Origin: a virus
Lineage: Duplodnaviria; Caudoviricetes
Strand: one strand, 5' to 3'
DNA length: 56,301 nucleotides
IMG/VR virus record: IMGVR_UViG_3300043409_000379
Span: 1-56,301 of that record
A program made the position numbers and the translations under genes. Within the stretch, counting starts at the first letter, position 1, and each line of letters starts with the position of its first letter. Below the pieces are notes generated by a model. It searched no databases, was not told the DNA's origin, and worked only from the letters and a program-made list of their open reading frames with translations. Below, one piece after another: positions 28,601 to 37,492 of the stretch.

Positions 28601-30264
28601 ATTTCAACCATGAATTCTTCGGGCTTTTGATCTCTTCCAGACTGCATAGCAGCGGTGGTTGGAGCAATGTATTGAGTGGTTATCGTTCCGCGACTACCCC
28701 TAATAACATCTCTTCCATACTCACCCGCATCCATTTTACCAATACGGATACCACCCTTGCTGGCGACCCAATCCTTCAAACGCGCCACGCCGCGCATAGA
28801 AGGTTTAGAAGATAAACCCTCAATCCTCGACACAGGCTCTTTGTTGGTATCTTTCAGAAAATCATCAAGTTTGTTTGGCGGCGCACCCATGGGTATGGCA
28901 ATTTCTGGAGTGAGCGGCGCAGCGGCACCCTCCGCCCTGAGTTCAACAGGACGACCTTCCCGTGTAATCGGGCCAGTCTTTACAGTCGGGAGTATTCCAG
29001 TGTCAGCCATCGTTTGACGCTGCTCTTGCAAACGGATTTCTTCTTCCGTCTGTGGAACATACGGCTCCTCAATCGCACGACCCATAACGCCCGGACGATT
29101 GGCTGCTGTCGGAGCCCCAATCGAAGGAGGGAGGTCGGCGGACGTGATGGCCTCGGTCGGAGGAACTCCGCCCTCCAGCACAGGCTGTTTGACCGTCAAC
29201 CTTGGACGTGAAGGCGCACCGGAAACTTCTTCTGTCGCTGCTGCCGCTTCTGCCGCAGCAGGTGGCGGAGGAGGGAGGGCGGTCTTCTGCGAACCCTTGA
29301 GAATATCTGTCAGGTCTTGTTCTGTCGGGGTACGTGCCGCTTCGATATCAGCACGAAGTCTTTCGTAATCGGTCAGAGGACGTGGGCCTTCGGGGCGTCT
29401 ACCAAATGCACCAGATGTCGCGCCACCAGCAACGCCGCCGAGAATACCTTCTGCGATTGCTTGCTTACCGCTGATGTCCAAACCAGCCTCTGTCCCGAGA
29501 GACGATCCGGTCTGTTCAATAATTGACTGGAGGAGTTCTGTCCCGCCTTCTCCAATCAGACCTTCCCCCATGCGCTTCATCAGAGGAGCAGCAGCCTGTC
29601 CACCACCGGGGAGATATTTAGCACCGATAGCGTTTAACGCACCGCTGCCAGCAGCAGTGAGTGCCGCCGCTCCAATGTCGGAAGCGTTAGGAGTATCACG
29701 ACCTTCTTTCTGAGCGCGTTCTTGTGCAACAGGGCCAAGGATTTGAAGTGCTTCAAACAAGAATGGACCGAGGAAAGCACCCGCAATAGCACCCGCAGCA
29801 GTACCAACAATAGGCACAACAGAACCCACCGCCATGCCAATCGCTGCACCAGCCGCTCTTGTTCCAATAGCACCAGCAATCTGACCAGATTGTTCTGCGA
29901 CAGCAGCAGGAAGCGAGCCAATACCAAACCCGCCGAGGGTAACGTCCCCTTCTTGTGGGGTAATAAATCGACCCGCCGCCGACTCATATCCTTCTGGGGT
30001 AATGTATTCAGCAGCACTTTTCAGTGCTGCACCCGTTCCTGTCAGGCCGAGAGTTTCTGCTGTCGTGCCGAGGGCTCCGAGCGGCTGCGCCAAACCAGCT
30101 TGGAGAGAACCCATGATGGATTGTTCTTTTGGTTTGTTTGCTGCTTGCCATTTTGGAAACAGATCGGTTGCAACATAGGCGATGGCATCATCTAAAGTAG
30201 CACCTTCTGGAGCATCTACTCTAAATTTTACATTATTCGGAGCAGTTACTTCAAATACTGGCAT
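22684..30264 (-). CDS. Large polyvalent virion (ejection-type) protein with a HExxH peptidase and two ADP-ribosyltransferase-like modules
   Basis: 2526 aa at the end of the virion operon. Contains SHEIWH, FYTGTS...WFTT...YA...GYDA and VYHGT...GFYFT...YA...GYDGVI...EFVVFKPTQVKS. Confidence 0.8.
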   Translation of the reverse strand: MPVFEVTAPNNVKFRVDAPEGATLDDAIAYVATDLFPKWQAANKPKEQSIMGSLQAGLAQPLGALGTTAETLGLTGTGAALKSAAEYITPEGYESAAGRFITPQEGDVTLGGFGIGSLPAAVAEQSGQIAGAIGTRAAGAAIGMAVGSVVPIVGTAAGAIAGAFLGPFLFEALQILGPVAQERAQKEGRDTPNASDIGAAALTAAGSGALNAIGAKYLPGGGQAAAPLMKRMGEGLIGEGGTELLQSIIEQTGSSLGTEAGLDISGKQAIAEGILGGVAGGATSGAFGRRPEGPRPLTDYERLRADIEAARTPTEQDLTDILKGSQKTALPPPPPAAAEAAAATEEVSGAPSRPRLTVKQPVLEGGVPPTEAITSADLPPSIGAPTAANRPGVMGRAIEEPYVPQTEEEIRLQEQRQTMADTGILPTVKTGPITREGRPVELRAEGAAAPLTPEIAIPMGAPPNKLDDFLKDTNKEPVSRIEGLSSKPSMRGVARLKDWVASKGGIRIGKMDAGEYGRDVIRGSRGTITTQYIAPTTAAMQSGRDQKPEEFMVEMAKNAGWLGPVDQQGGAVTKEDVAKFRTLLAQDISAGRTADLPTNGVYDPEKLAAFAGKGQTKEALIGDIERAVDGAIADAGYQNYSDEAYDDAVRRLVEGREDDPVVAVEKAIVNDEKVSGERKDTARRTAADDLNRLVFTDKMPLDNEAMTFAYDKIINDPTLDPQATYAAALKTKAEATAKKIPFNPREPSLENIFISEIDKEYSRAGGKRKSKKAKAKARAAKTAAQQPPTPVVEPVKTITAEDKAAAMQRIDDAIKKLAGDDTDQGRNLAVALKRAIADRKISVDQVLQAFKMSETVMRLLSGVTGAQKIKFAANLFGTFPDPENPGDFLADVEVGGTRSAYRQLIELSLNPDYNPLETTSHEIWHSLEDAFAASDRATGRIIDAAFKGATKIDEINPNLLRVLKNTRNPMVDGKESLYDTLMSRDIDAAVAEETSQFQKERELKAYVFGLLDQARQNNVQIGGLGSAFVRFVNFVKSVREAIGNMLSGQGFTTVEEAFAGVSAGVAQRGLNTGQKTSGPEYSRDPYTINRAEGVIDWDLPDDLLAEFESIVPAKKERVYRDKPVNRTRDEEYDAWSRGAAITDVNTGKPLVFYTGTSKDFIFKSFKVGRHGTWFTTDPEEASKYAENNDSQGVKKLTLAEYYDLVSKKDFSPQLKNTASRVIPVFLRVENPYRGNLPPEAKKDNYKEAQSRFFDTLRSQGYDAWIPPNRKTGIATNDSLVVILKDPTAIKSVFNEFKPGTARSTEFSRAKNFSRIGMPHKDILKRDPVLEENVAKLKDGEITPDQWDALVRKRKPVELYDIKNIPVPATSEQAINALYENKQDKYGLADQYYKEGDPVKLRLDIPAYAREDGKNAWVNAIHDGSSGTQTKKPTVYESVSAATDVTFSVTESAALATAKGAGKAPYATMRGGFKPITSKEAYAKAKQVHINPAWVQVGMDPTRHSFFYTRGDMKPVVAAEEVLQIGPLVYAKNPTYAGRSDFEFSRARFRKEYIADEGVRSENLAAFQKGNHPDVPNVVYHGTADVFSEFRDYQPNKKDVGWLGRGFYFTNNTSLASMYASMKRGNAPNVMPLHLSMKNPYLATQTEKTAIKEAIEAGDTEIAENIRKQLIDAGYDGVILDSKDAEGTKEFVVFKPTQVKSATGNIGTFDETNPDIRYSRVKVPPKVANAPNAAGAQVNSTRWSNITDTVKEFFDPWAFIDNAPLLRSFRNRLLGTTGTANELGQKIAADIAKGSKADSGHNGNVYKFLTTRGASPSMIVDPEVRKAAVRAKEEINKQGKRLVDAGFMTQESLDKNYDQYVPRLYLYYEATERGMKTPNMGLSKQEYLKLRDDQLSVEERELLGEIKNPAFLAYVAIARPARDMALAQYFAEIGTTSGVKWVLDDSVINWRGKMVSPFWMASEIKLMKTVTLPLAEQTDPARAAIVRKEIASMQKLLDKIPGYGPESKIPDGYQRLPDTPRYGVLRGAVVQEGIYDDLVGTFAMVPNTNQSMIGKILGDEQSLLVNANKVWKLGKVTFNVPSQVRNVISNIVALNVFGGIPLHKLPSALSAAAKSWSSKDQYWKDAQEYGIQGGTMAAAELKIMFNTMKQYQARGDKNNFFGAMATGRIAAKYLLSKPGEFYQNMEVLFKMALFIESRKNGKTVSESVDAAHDSLFDYTMVNPNIRWLRNAPLGLPFITYYYKVLPKLIQTAREHPLRFAPYIMLSYALPQIAMAQLDWDDEDYEAARKTAADYMRDKGSMYILPWKDSNGKIQMVDLGYFFPWAAFTDPVVTAAWYGEPVKGLKQLGGQFVPGGPLITAIAVMATGRDPFTDKQVVNPLDTGMNQFFSGLSYAWNQALPPMLSFDLNNMDNSGGAIPRIYNSLFSDGTGTDKRGMAKPDTLATAARLFGFNITPLDVVKQRAQNINYMLNTIHKREAYRAQIAKDQSMTPEKRRAEIQDLNKSIREDYLKIQKYATETARATKLED

Positions 30265-30276
30265 GATATGATACCT

Positions 30277-31578
30277 TTAAGGTGCGATGGTCGTCCCACT
30301 AAATCCGGAGAAAGCGGGTTTTGCTTTTCCTGCACCCATATCTTGCATGAGTTGATCGCGGACCGCTCTTAGATTTTTAACTTCTTCCGGATCAACAATA
30401 CCACCTTGCGATTCCACTTTCAACAAATTGGACAACTGGTCGTTGACCTCAGAGAGAGTTTTGCTGCGGCTAAGAACGCTGAGACCAGTGGTATACTGTT
30501 CCTGAGTTGGCGGCTTCCCGCTTTCCGGATTATATCCGCCAGCCATAGCAGCGGCCAGAACGGCTTCTGGAGCGCGGTCCATCTTCTTCTGTTCCATACC
30601 GAGGGTCCTCTCCCGATACGCCGCAGTAGCTTCGTCCTGCTGCTGCGCCCGAAGAGCCGCCATATCCTCGCGCTCGGCCTTACGGGAATCAGATTCCAAT
30701 CCAGCATACGACTGAAGACCAGACATACCACCCTGTGCAATGTTCTGTAACGCATTAGAACTCTTTCCACCCATCGTAGCCAGACCAGCTTGCATTAAAC
30801 CAAGCCAGAAATTCTTTTCCTTCTCTGCTTTTCTGTCAGCCTTGATCTGCTCAAGTTCTGTTTGTTTCTTGTCGGCAGGAGGAGAAGGCTCTTCCTTTTT
30901 CGTCGGATCTTCAACCGGCTTTTCTGTCTCTGTTGGCTTTTTAATAGACAAGATACCCCGATCTGCATCAGCCAGTTTCCCCGAGGATGAATACGGAAGT
31001 GACTCCGGTATATCAAAACGAGTTTTTGGCCGAGAAGTTCCATCTTCTCCTTCAACCATCGGAACTGCTGGTGGTATCAAACGAGCAGGTCTGCTAAACG
31101 ACCCTACTGTTAAGGGTCCTATATATGTGGATGGTCTACGTCTATCGACATTCCCACTTTCTGCATACTGAGCCATAAGTTCGTCATACGACATGGGTCC
31201 GCTTGGAGTTACAAGGCTTCCGTCTTCATACCCATGCCGGACCATACCACCATCAGCCATCCCGACAGGACGAACGCCAGCGGCTTGCATCTGCGCCATC
31301 TGCTGCATCGGAGGCATCTGTTGCATGGCAGGAGGCGGAGCAGAACTTGCAACAGGACGTGTCATGGCCGGGCGATCACCCTGAGCAAGGGTGTTGAAGT
31401 AATACTCAGGGTTCTGCTTCATCTGTGCTTCGGCCAGCATAGCCTTGGCCATCTGCAACCGCTCTTCGCGTGTCATGCCCGACGATCCGTCATCGACCAT
31501 GGACGTTATTCCGCTGCCCCTTGCAGAGCGGTCGCGGGGATTAAACATTTCACGCTGAAGTACTGGATCTTGGGCCAT
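30277..31578 (-). CDS. Putative internal virion/ejection protein
   Basis: 433 aa at the ejection-gene position; MADGGMV motif. Confidence 0.65.
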   Translation of the reverse strand: MAQDPVLQREMFNPRDRSARGSGITSMVDDGSSGMTREERLQMAKAMLAEAQMKQNPEYYFNTLAQGDRPAMTRPVASSAPPPAMQQMPPMQQMAQMQAAGVRPVGMADGGMVRHGYEDGSLVTPSGPMSYDELMAQYAESGNVDRRRPSTYIGPLTVGSFSRPARLIPPAVPMVEGEDGTSRPKTRFDIPESLPYSSSGKLADADRGILSIKKPTETEKPVEDPTKKEEPSPPADKKQTELEQIKADRKAEKEKNFWLGLMQAGLATMGGKSSNALQNIAQGGMSGLQSYAGLESDSRKAEREDMAALRAQQQDEATAAYRERTLGMEQKKMDRAPEAVLAAAMAGGYNPESGKPPTQEQYTTGLSVLSRSKTLSEVNDQLSNLLKVESQGGIVDPEEVKNLRAVRDQLMQDMGAGKAKPAFSGFSGTTIAP

Positions 31579-31589
31579 GATTAACTCGC

Positions 31590-32483
31590 TTATTTTAATG
31601 CGCCATACGCGCCAATACCTGTTGCAGCAAGACCAGCCAACTGTGAAAAAGGACTTGCGGCGGGTGTTGCTGTTTGGGTCGTCTGAGTCTGACCGGATGG
31701 CGTCTTGTTAAGAACATCACCGTAGTAAGATATCTGTTGATACGGAGCATATGAAGTCTGCTGCTCATTGAGACGTGTCGCATCCAAAACCGCTTGATTT
31801 TGTGTCTGAAGTTTTTGCCCCATATTATACAGGTATGATGTATCTCCTTGTCCAAGGGCCGAGGCATTTTGTCCAAGGGCGGCAGTGTTAGTTCCAAGAC
31901 TAGCAATACCCGCTGCCGATGTTTGCGCCCTTGCCTGTTGGTTCTGGAATGCGTCCATTGCAGACTTTTGTGCCTGACTGTAGTTCTGCGAGTAATCTTG
32001 CATAATACGCTGCGATTGGACATCTGCCAGACCACGGCCCAACTCGGCCTGTTGAACACCGAACCTGCTACCACCAAACGCACCCGACTTTACGGCCTGC
32101 GCAGCAAGCGTCTGCTGTTGGATATCAGCATTGCGGCCCATCTCCTCAACAGCACGTTGTGTCACGGCAGCTTGGTATGGATTCATATATGCTTGAACCG
32201 AGTTCGGATCATACGCACCCGTCGTTCCTGCGTACAAACCACCCGCCTGACCATAGGCTTTATTCGCCTGTTCAAAATACGGGGCATACGCTCCAAGACC
32301 TTCCGAGGCCATAGTAATGGCCTTTTTCTGCTCTGGCGACATCCCAGCAACTTTATACTCTGCTGGGGTAAGTGCTGTCGAAGTCAGGTCCGACACCTTT
32401 TGCAAGTAGCCTTGACGCAGTAATTCCATCCACTCCGGTTCGCGGGAAATTACTTGCTGTGTGGTTACGTCATCTTTAGCCAT
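31590..32483 (-). CDS. Putative DNA pilot/ejection protein
   Basis: Q/A-rich with YMNPY, GAFGGSR and a C-terminal hydrophobic GLAATGIGAY. Confidence 0.65.
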   Translation of the reverse strand: MAKDDVTTQQVISREPEWMELLRQGYLQKVSDLTSTALTPAEYKVAGMSPEQKKAITMASEGLGAYAPYFEQANKAYGQAGGLYAGTTGAYDPNSVQAYMNPYQAAVTQRAVEEMGRNADIQQQTLAAQAVKSGAFGGSRFGVQQAELGRGLADVQSQRIMQDYSQNYSQAQKSAMDAFQNQQARAQTSAAGIASLGTNTAALGQNASALGQGDTSYLYNMGQKLQTQNQAVLDATRLNEQQTSYAPYQQISYYGDVLNKTPSGQTQTTQTATPAASPFSQLAGLAATGIGAYGALK

Positions 32484-32486
32484 AAC

Positions 32487-33974
32487 TTAAGCCCTCTTCT
32501 CAAACTGGTGCATCATATCGTACATACGTTTTGCTCCCGCTGCGCGACTTCCGCCCCCAGCACCTTTCACGGCTCTTGCTGTCATAACAAACTCGCCGTC
32601 GCTTAACTTCGCAGGGATGCTGTCACTCGTTCCAGTACCCGGACCCTTGAGGTGGCCACCAACACGGGCATCCACTTCAATCTGTCCGCCACGCGCAGCA
32701 TAAATTGGATTTGGTGAATACGTTGGGACACGAACGTCACCCGTGTATGGAGTAGAGGACGTTGGACCACGGTAAGACATAGAAGCAATTTGCTCGGGTG
32801 TCATTTTTGGGAAAGGGTCCTTAAAGCTGGTCGCTTTTGCTGTTGGTGTCATTGCACTACCAAGCAAAAGACCTGCGCCACCGGCAAGTGCCATGGCGGT
32901 CTTTGGATTGGTAGAGATGTAGTTGCCAACACTGTCGAGGAAACCACCACCTGCCTGTGCTGCCGTTGTTGGTGCTGCCGCCGCGCCTGAAGGAGGCATC
33001 CCACTACCGCCGGGAAGAGCATTTGCCCCCATAGTAGTGGTTGGTGTCACTCTTCCGCCGCCAAAAATGTTTTGATTTAAGAATGGAGTCTGTGGGTTTC
33101 CAAACATCCCGGAAGGAAGACCACCTTGGACGCCGCCCATAAACGTGCCGCCACCGAGCATGCTCGAAACGCCAGAGAATATGCCACCAGTAACACCACC
33201 CATCAAGCCCGCTTGGAGTGCCTGACTTGGATTTGCCCCGTTGATCATGGCACCTAAGCCTGATCCAATGACGCCGGATGCAATCGTACCCAAGCCCGGG
33301 GCGAGGAAGTTCAATGCCACAGGAAGAATGACGCCCGCAGCCTTCTTGAGGAACTTGCCAATGCTGTCAAAGAACCCGTACTCAGGAAGGCCCGTAATCG
33401 GGTTGATGCTGGACCCTTGCGTTCTTCCAAGCATCGCAGCTTCACGCGGGTTGATGTGTGCCAGAACGCTATCACCGCTACGGTTTGCACGGCGCACCAT
33501 ATCAGCCTGTGACCGGAGATTGGTAATACCACCACCCGCCATTGCAAGAGGTGGCATTTCTGCCGCTGGACCTTCCATTGGCATGGCAGCAGGAGATGCT
33601 ATGGCATCCTTCACCATACCAGCCAAAATCTCAAAGAAACTCTGCACGTACTTCGGCGGCAGATCACCCGGCTGAACAATACCTTTTTTAATCAAAACTT
33701 GGACTGCACGGTCGTACTGATCCGACTTGTCCATAATAAACTGGATCGTCTGCTCCAAAACTGTCAGCTTATCCGAACCCATTGTTTTGAGATCGTCTGA
33801 CAGATTCCTGAGATCCGTAATTTCCTCGACGGACAGACTGTTAAAGGCCCGTCCAAGAGCAGAAATAGCCTCACCAGAAACCGGCGGTTGTGAGGGTTTT
33901 GCTGTTGGGGGAGCAGAAGCTGCTGCCTTTGGTGCGCCTCCCATCATTCCTTGAAGATCTGCAATTCCAGCCAT
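32487..33974 (-). CDS. Putative internal virion protein
   Basis: GDSVLAHINPRE...INPITGLPEY, Gly-rich hydrophobic segments, and C-terminal GPGTGTSDSIPAKLSDGEFV. Confidence 0.65.
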   Translation of the reverse strand: MAGIADLQGMMGGAPKAAASAPPTAKPSQPPVSGEAISALGRAFNSLSVEEITDLRNLSDDLKTMGSDKLTVLEQTIQFIMDKSDQYDRAVQVLIKKGIVQPGDLPPKYVQSFFEILAGMVKDAIASPAAMPMEGPAAEMPPLAMAGGGITNLRSQADMVRRANRSGDSVLAHINPREAAMLGRTQGSSINPITGLPEYGFFDSIGKFLKKAAGVILPVALNFLAPGLGTIASGVIGSGLGAMINGANPSQALQAGLMGGVTGGIFSGVSSMLGGGTFMGGVQGGLPSGMFGNPQTPFLNQNIFGGGRVTPTTTMGANALPGGSGMPPSGAAAAPTTAAQAGGGFLDSVGNYISTNPKTAMALAGGAGLLLGSAMTPTAKATSFKDPFPKMTPEQIASMSYRGPTSSTPYTGDVRVPTYSPNPIYAARGGQIEVDARVGGHLKGPGTGTSDSIPAKLSDGEFVMTARAVKGAGGGSRAAGAKRMYDMMHQFEKRA

Positions 33975-34069
33975 CGGTCTGTCCTATGTGTGAACTCGAA
34001 TAGCAGGAGCCGTGATCCTGAAGTAATCGGCTCCGCTAAAATACCTCTTTGTGTGATGAAACACAAGCC

Positions 34070-34363
34070 TTATACCGTCACGGTTACCGTACCAACGGAA
34101 CCCGTTGCAGCATTTCCAGCAACATACGCTCTGTATGGCACAGAGACATACACAGTTCCGTTGACCTGAAACAACGTACCCGGTTCTGCACCGGCATCGT
34201 TTGTCGGCAAGTTTGTCAGAACAAGGGTTGTTTGTCTGCCCTCTCCTGCGGATCGGAGGGCGATGGTCATCTGGTTCAACATACGAACCATATCATTGAA
34301 GTACATCGGATCATATGCGGTTGGCGCACGTCCAAATGCAGGTAACGTAAGTCTGCGGTCCAT
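34070..34363 (-). CDS. Hypothetical virion-module protein
   Basis: 97 aa, translationally coupled to the upstream gene. Confidence 0.65.
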   Translation of the reverse strand: MDRRLTLPAFGRAPTAYDPMYFNDMVRMLNQMTIALRSAGEGRQTTLVLTNLPTNDAGAEPGTLFQVNGTVYVSVPYRAYVAGNAATGSVGTVTVTV

Positions 34364-36228
34364 TACCTACGTCCGTCAGGTTGTATTTCAAGGCGAGGTG
34401 ATCCTAATGACCATCTTGTTCCAAGCGTGTTGCTCTCAATCTTAAAGGTCGCCTGTCTACCCCGCAGACGTACATACGCCTGTGTCGTGAACTGCTCGAC
34501 AGGAACCGTGGCAGACCTTGTGACAGGAGAATCCGTTGTCTTATTGTAGTTGGACCCCGGAAAGTTCTGCATCTTAATCGTCATATCAACCGTTGGCGTA
34601 TTGGTTGAATCGTAGAACGTCACGTCGGGAATAATCCTGCGGATAAACACGAAGTTGTCGCCCTCGCCGATATCAAAAGGAGAACTCTCAATATACGCAT
34701 TTAGCGGAGTGGCGGGGCTGGTGCTGCCGTCGTCCATGCCATACTCATGATTGTATAGGTAACTATCCGGCGATGCAGCAATCGGGTAGGCATTGGTGCC
34801 GCTATCAAGCCACGCCGTACGCGCCATGCTGCCATATGTCCACGCACGATCCATATAGTTAAACGTCACATAGGCATTGCACTCCGAGGAGTCAGCAGTA
34901 GGATAGAACCAAGTCACCTCATTAAATTCACTGTTTACTGCGGCATAAACCTTGTCAGACTCACCAATGTTGAGATTGGTAAAAATGTAGTTTTTCAACG
35001 GACATTGAAGTTCTTGCGTCGAACCGCTGAAAATATAGAACTTGCCAAGTCCCATCCACATAACAACATCGTCAACGGCTGCAAAGCAGTTAAACCCCAT
35101 AGACGTAATGCTGCTTGCCACCGTCGTAAGTCCGAAGGTGTACGGAGGCCCGATAAACTGCATTGAATAAAGAGCAATATCCGTCCAGATAAGGATTTCG
35201 CGCTTTGTCTCAACAGCACGAATAATGCGTGTGCCGGAACCAAGGCGTAAATCCCCCGCCGTATTTGTGGCAATCGGTGTCCAAACGGTGTAGTCCTCTT
35301 GATCACTAAATTTAATAAGCAGTGGATCTTGGGCCGTCTCTAATGTGTTAGAGGAGTTCAAATAGTTGTTGGCACCAAAGGCAATCACATGACGATCATT
35401 GTCCGAGACCATGATCTGTGTAGCAATAGTCGGAGTTTGAACGTCCGTACTTAGTGACGCAAGGGTTACCCCGCGAACTGACAGGGCATTTGTTGCGTCC
35501 CAGAAATACACCCCTGCGTTCCGAACATTGAACAACAAATCCTCACCAAAATTATCTGAGGCCCATAAACGCAATGTATTACCCGCGTTTATTGTAGCAG
35601 CAGACCCCCATCCACCACGCCCCCAAACACCCGCTCCCCACCCCGTACCAGACAGTTGGACATCCAAACCGGTGTTAATCTGATAGGCCGCCGTAATGCT
35701 TGACCCACCAGTCCCGGAGTCAGAACCATTCGCAGCTATCGAAGCAGTAATTGTGTATGCGTCAACAGTAAGTACCGTAATTTGATACTCTTTGTTAAGA
35801 ATTGCAGCGGTAATGTTGCCGCCCAAACTGGTGGCACCACTAAATGTTACAAAGTCATTGGTTACCGCCCCATGGGCAACATCTGTTACAGTAATAACAG
35901 TAGACCCGTTGGTCGCAGCAAAGGCACCGCTCAGGACTACCGTGCTGCGGATAGGGGTAATGTCGTTAAACACACCACCGCTTTCAATGTAGAACTTAAG
36001 ATGTGTGCCTACGCCAAGGTAATTATCGCCAGCAAGAGTGATCCAGTTGATCAACTCACGGCAAGTTCCAAGAAATGATGTTTGCGCGTACGCGGCCCAC
36101 CCGCCAATGGATTGAGGGAAGCTGTTCTGAAACCGCACAAGGTCGCAGTCATACCACCCACCCTCATTGGTATAGGCAGTAACGTCCCTTACCACTCCGG
36201 GCTTGAACTGGATCTTTTGCAGGGCCAT
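34363..36228 (-). CDS. Tail tubular protein B / stabilization (nozzle)-like protein
   Basis: Beta-rich, about 621 aa from MALQKIQFKPG; ends QPDGRR; podovirus tail position. Confidence 0.7.
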   Translation of the reverse strand: MALQKIQFKPGVVRDVTAYTNEGGWYDCDLVRFQNSFPQSIGGWAAYAQTSFLGTCRELINWITLAGDNYLGVGTHLKFYIESGGVFNDITPIRSTVVLSGAFAATNGSTVITVTDVAHGAVTNDFVTFSGATSLGGNITAAILNKEYQITVLTVDAYTITASIAANGSDSGTGGSSITAAYQINTGLDVQLSGTGWGAGVWGRGGWGSAATINAGNTLRLWASDNFGEDLLFNVRNAGVYFWDATNALSVRGVTLASLSTDVQTPTIATQIMVSDNDRHVIAFGANNYLNSSNTLETAQDPLLIKFSDQEDYTVWTPIATNTAGDLRLGSGTRIIRAVETKREILIWTDIALYSMQFIGPPYTFGLTTVASSITSMGFNCFAAVDDVVMWMGLGKFYIFSGSTQELQCPLKNYIFTNLNIGESDKVYAAVNSEFNEVTWFYPTADSSECNAYVTFNYMDRAWTYGSMARTAWLDSGTNAYPIAASPDSYLYNHEYGMDDGSTSPATPLNAYIESSPFDIGEGDNFVFIRRIIPDVTFYDSTNTPTVDMTIKMQNFPGSNYNKTTDSPVTRSATVPVEQFTTQAYVRLRGRQATFKIESNTLGTRWSLGSPRLEIQPDGRR

Positions 36229-36242
36229 CCTTCGTCCTCTGA

Positions 36243-37286
36243 CTACATTACCAAAAAGAAGTTTGAACTGATGGGAGAAGCAAAAATCCATCCTGTGTTT
36301 CCGCTAACATTTGTACTGTATGAACCAGCATTCCATGTAGCCCCGCCTGTAGCAGTGCTATCTTTAATTATAACAAGATCAACCGAAACTGTTCCGGAGG
36401 CCTTAGATAACGTCGCAGCAGTTCCGGGTGTTGTGCTGTCAATAGTAAGGTGTTTTCCTGAAAGTCCTTCTGCCGTAAAACTTGTAACAGTTTGCGTTGC
36501 TCCAGACGGAAAACGTATTGATGTCGCACCTGTCGCATTGTAGGAATTTGAAATATTTGCAAATGTGTTGGAGCCATCAATTTGTAGTCGTCCTGAGCCT
36601 CCTTGATCTAATGTTATTGCACCATAATTAGAATTGCCATTAAAAAATTTGTTCGAACTAGCAGTCATTGTAACAGTAGCACCGGAACCTGACACAGTAA
36701 AATTAGTTGATGTTGTGCAATTCCATTGCGTACCTGTAAATGTAAGTGTAGAAGCATTTAAATTTAATGTTCTAGTGTTAGAATTACTTGAACTAAAATC
36801 TCGAATAGCCACAGAATAATTTGATGAACTTGTGCTAAATGTTCCGTTTGTTAATGTAGTTGTTCCTCCGCTATTTACTGCAAATGCACTACCGAGAGTC
36901 CAAGTTCCACCTACACCATTAAATATTGGCTGAGCTATAGCAACACCATTAGTTGATATTGTTTTTGATGTTGTAGCCTTGAAGGTAGGTATAAAACTGG
37001 ATGACCAAGTGCCAACAGTTCCAGAAGAAAGTGCCAAACTACCGGAAATAGCTATTGTTGAACTACCGCTAACAGTAAATGTGACTACGCCAAGAGAAAC
37101 CGTAAAATTAAGACAAGCTAGTGCGCCCGTAACAGTTACTACATAAGTCCCTACTTGGTCGAAGAAGACGTTATCGGAGGCAGTTGGAACAGATGCACCA
37201 CTAGCACCACCGGATGAAGCAGACCAAACGGTCGTGCTTGATGTAGTCCAACTACCCGCGCCTCCAACCCAATATCTATCCGCCAT
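36243..37286 (-). CDS. Tail fibre/spike-like beta-rich protein
   Basis: S/T/G-rich, begins MADRYWVGG; AT-richer DNA. Confidence 0.6.
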   Translation of the reverse strand: MADRYWVGGAGSWTTSSTTVWSASSGGASGASVPTASDNVFFDQVGTYVVTVTGALACLNFTVSLGVVTFTVSGSSTIAISGSLALSSGTVGTWSSSFIPTFKATTSKTISTNGVAIAQPIFNGVGGTWTLGSAFAVNSGGTTTLTNGTFSTSSSNYSVAIRDFSSSNSNTRTLNLNASTLTFTGTQWNCTTSTNFTVSGSGATVTMTASSNKFFNGNSNYGAITLDQGGSGRLQIDGSNTFANISNSYNATGATSIRFPSGATQTVTSFTAEGLSGKHLTIDSTTPGTAATLSKASGTVSVDLVIIKDSTATGGATWNAGSYSTNVSGNTGWIFASPISSNFFLVM

Positions 37287-37482
37287 CTATGATCTCCTCA
37301 GATGCTTCCTTGACCATAGCAACCCATTTGTCGTATCTCTCTTGTTTCATTGCCTCTATCTGGTCAAGTGTCAGAGCATTATATTGATTAGGCGGCATAA
37401 CAATAGCGTCATTATATGGTGGTAATTCACCAATCGTAAAACTGTCGGAAATCCAACCATTATCTAAAACTGTAATTGTCAT
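37276..37482 (-). CDS. Small hypothetical protein (possible fibre chaperone)
   Basis: Start MTITVLDN with AAGGA RBS; ends EAMKQERYDKW. Confidence 0.6.
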   Translation of the reverse strand: MTITVLDNGWISDSFTIGELPPYNDAIVMPPNQYNALTLDQIEAMKQERYDKWVAMVKEASEEIIDGG

Positions 37483-37492
37483 TTTTAATCCT

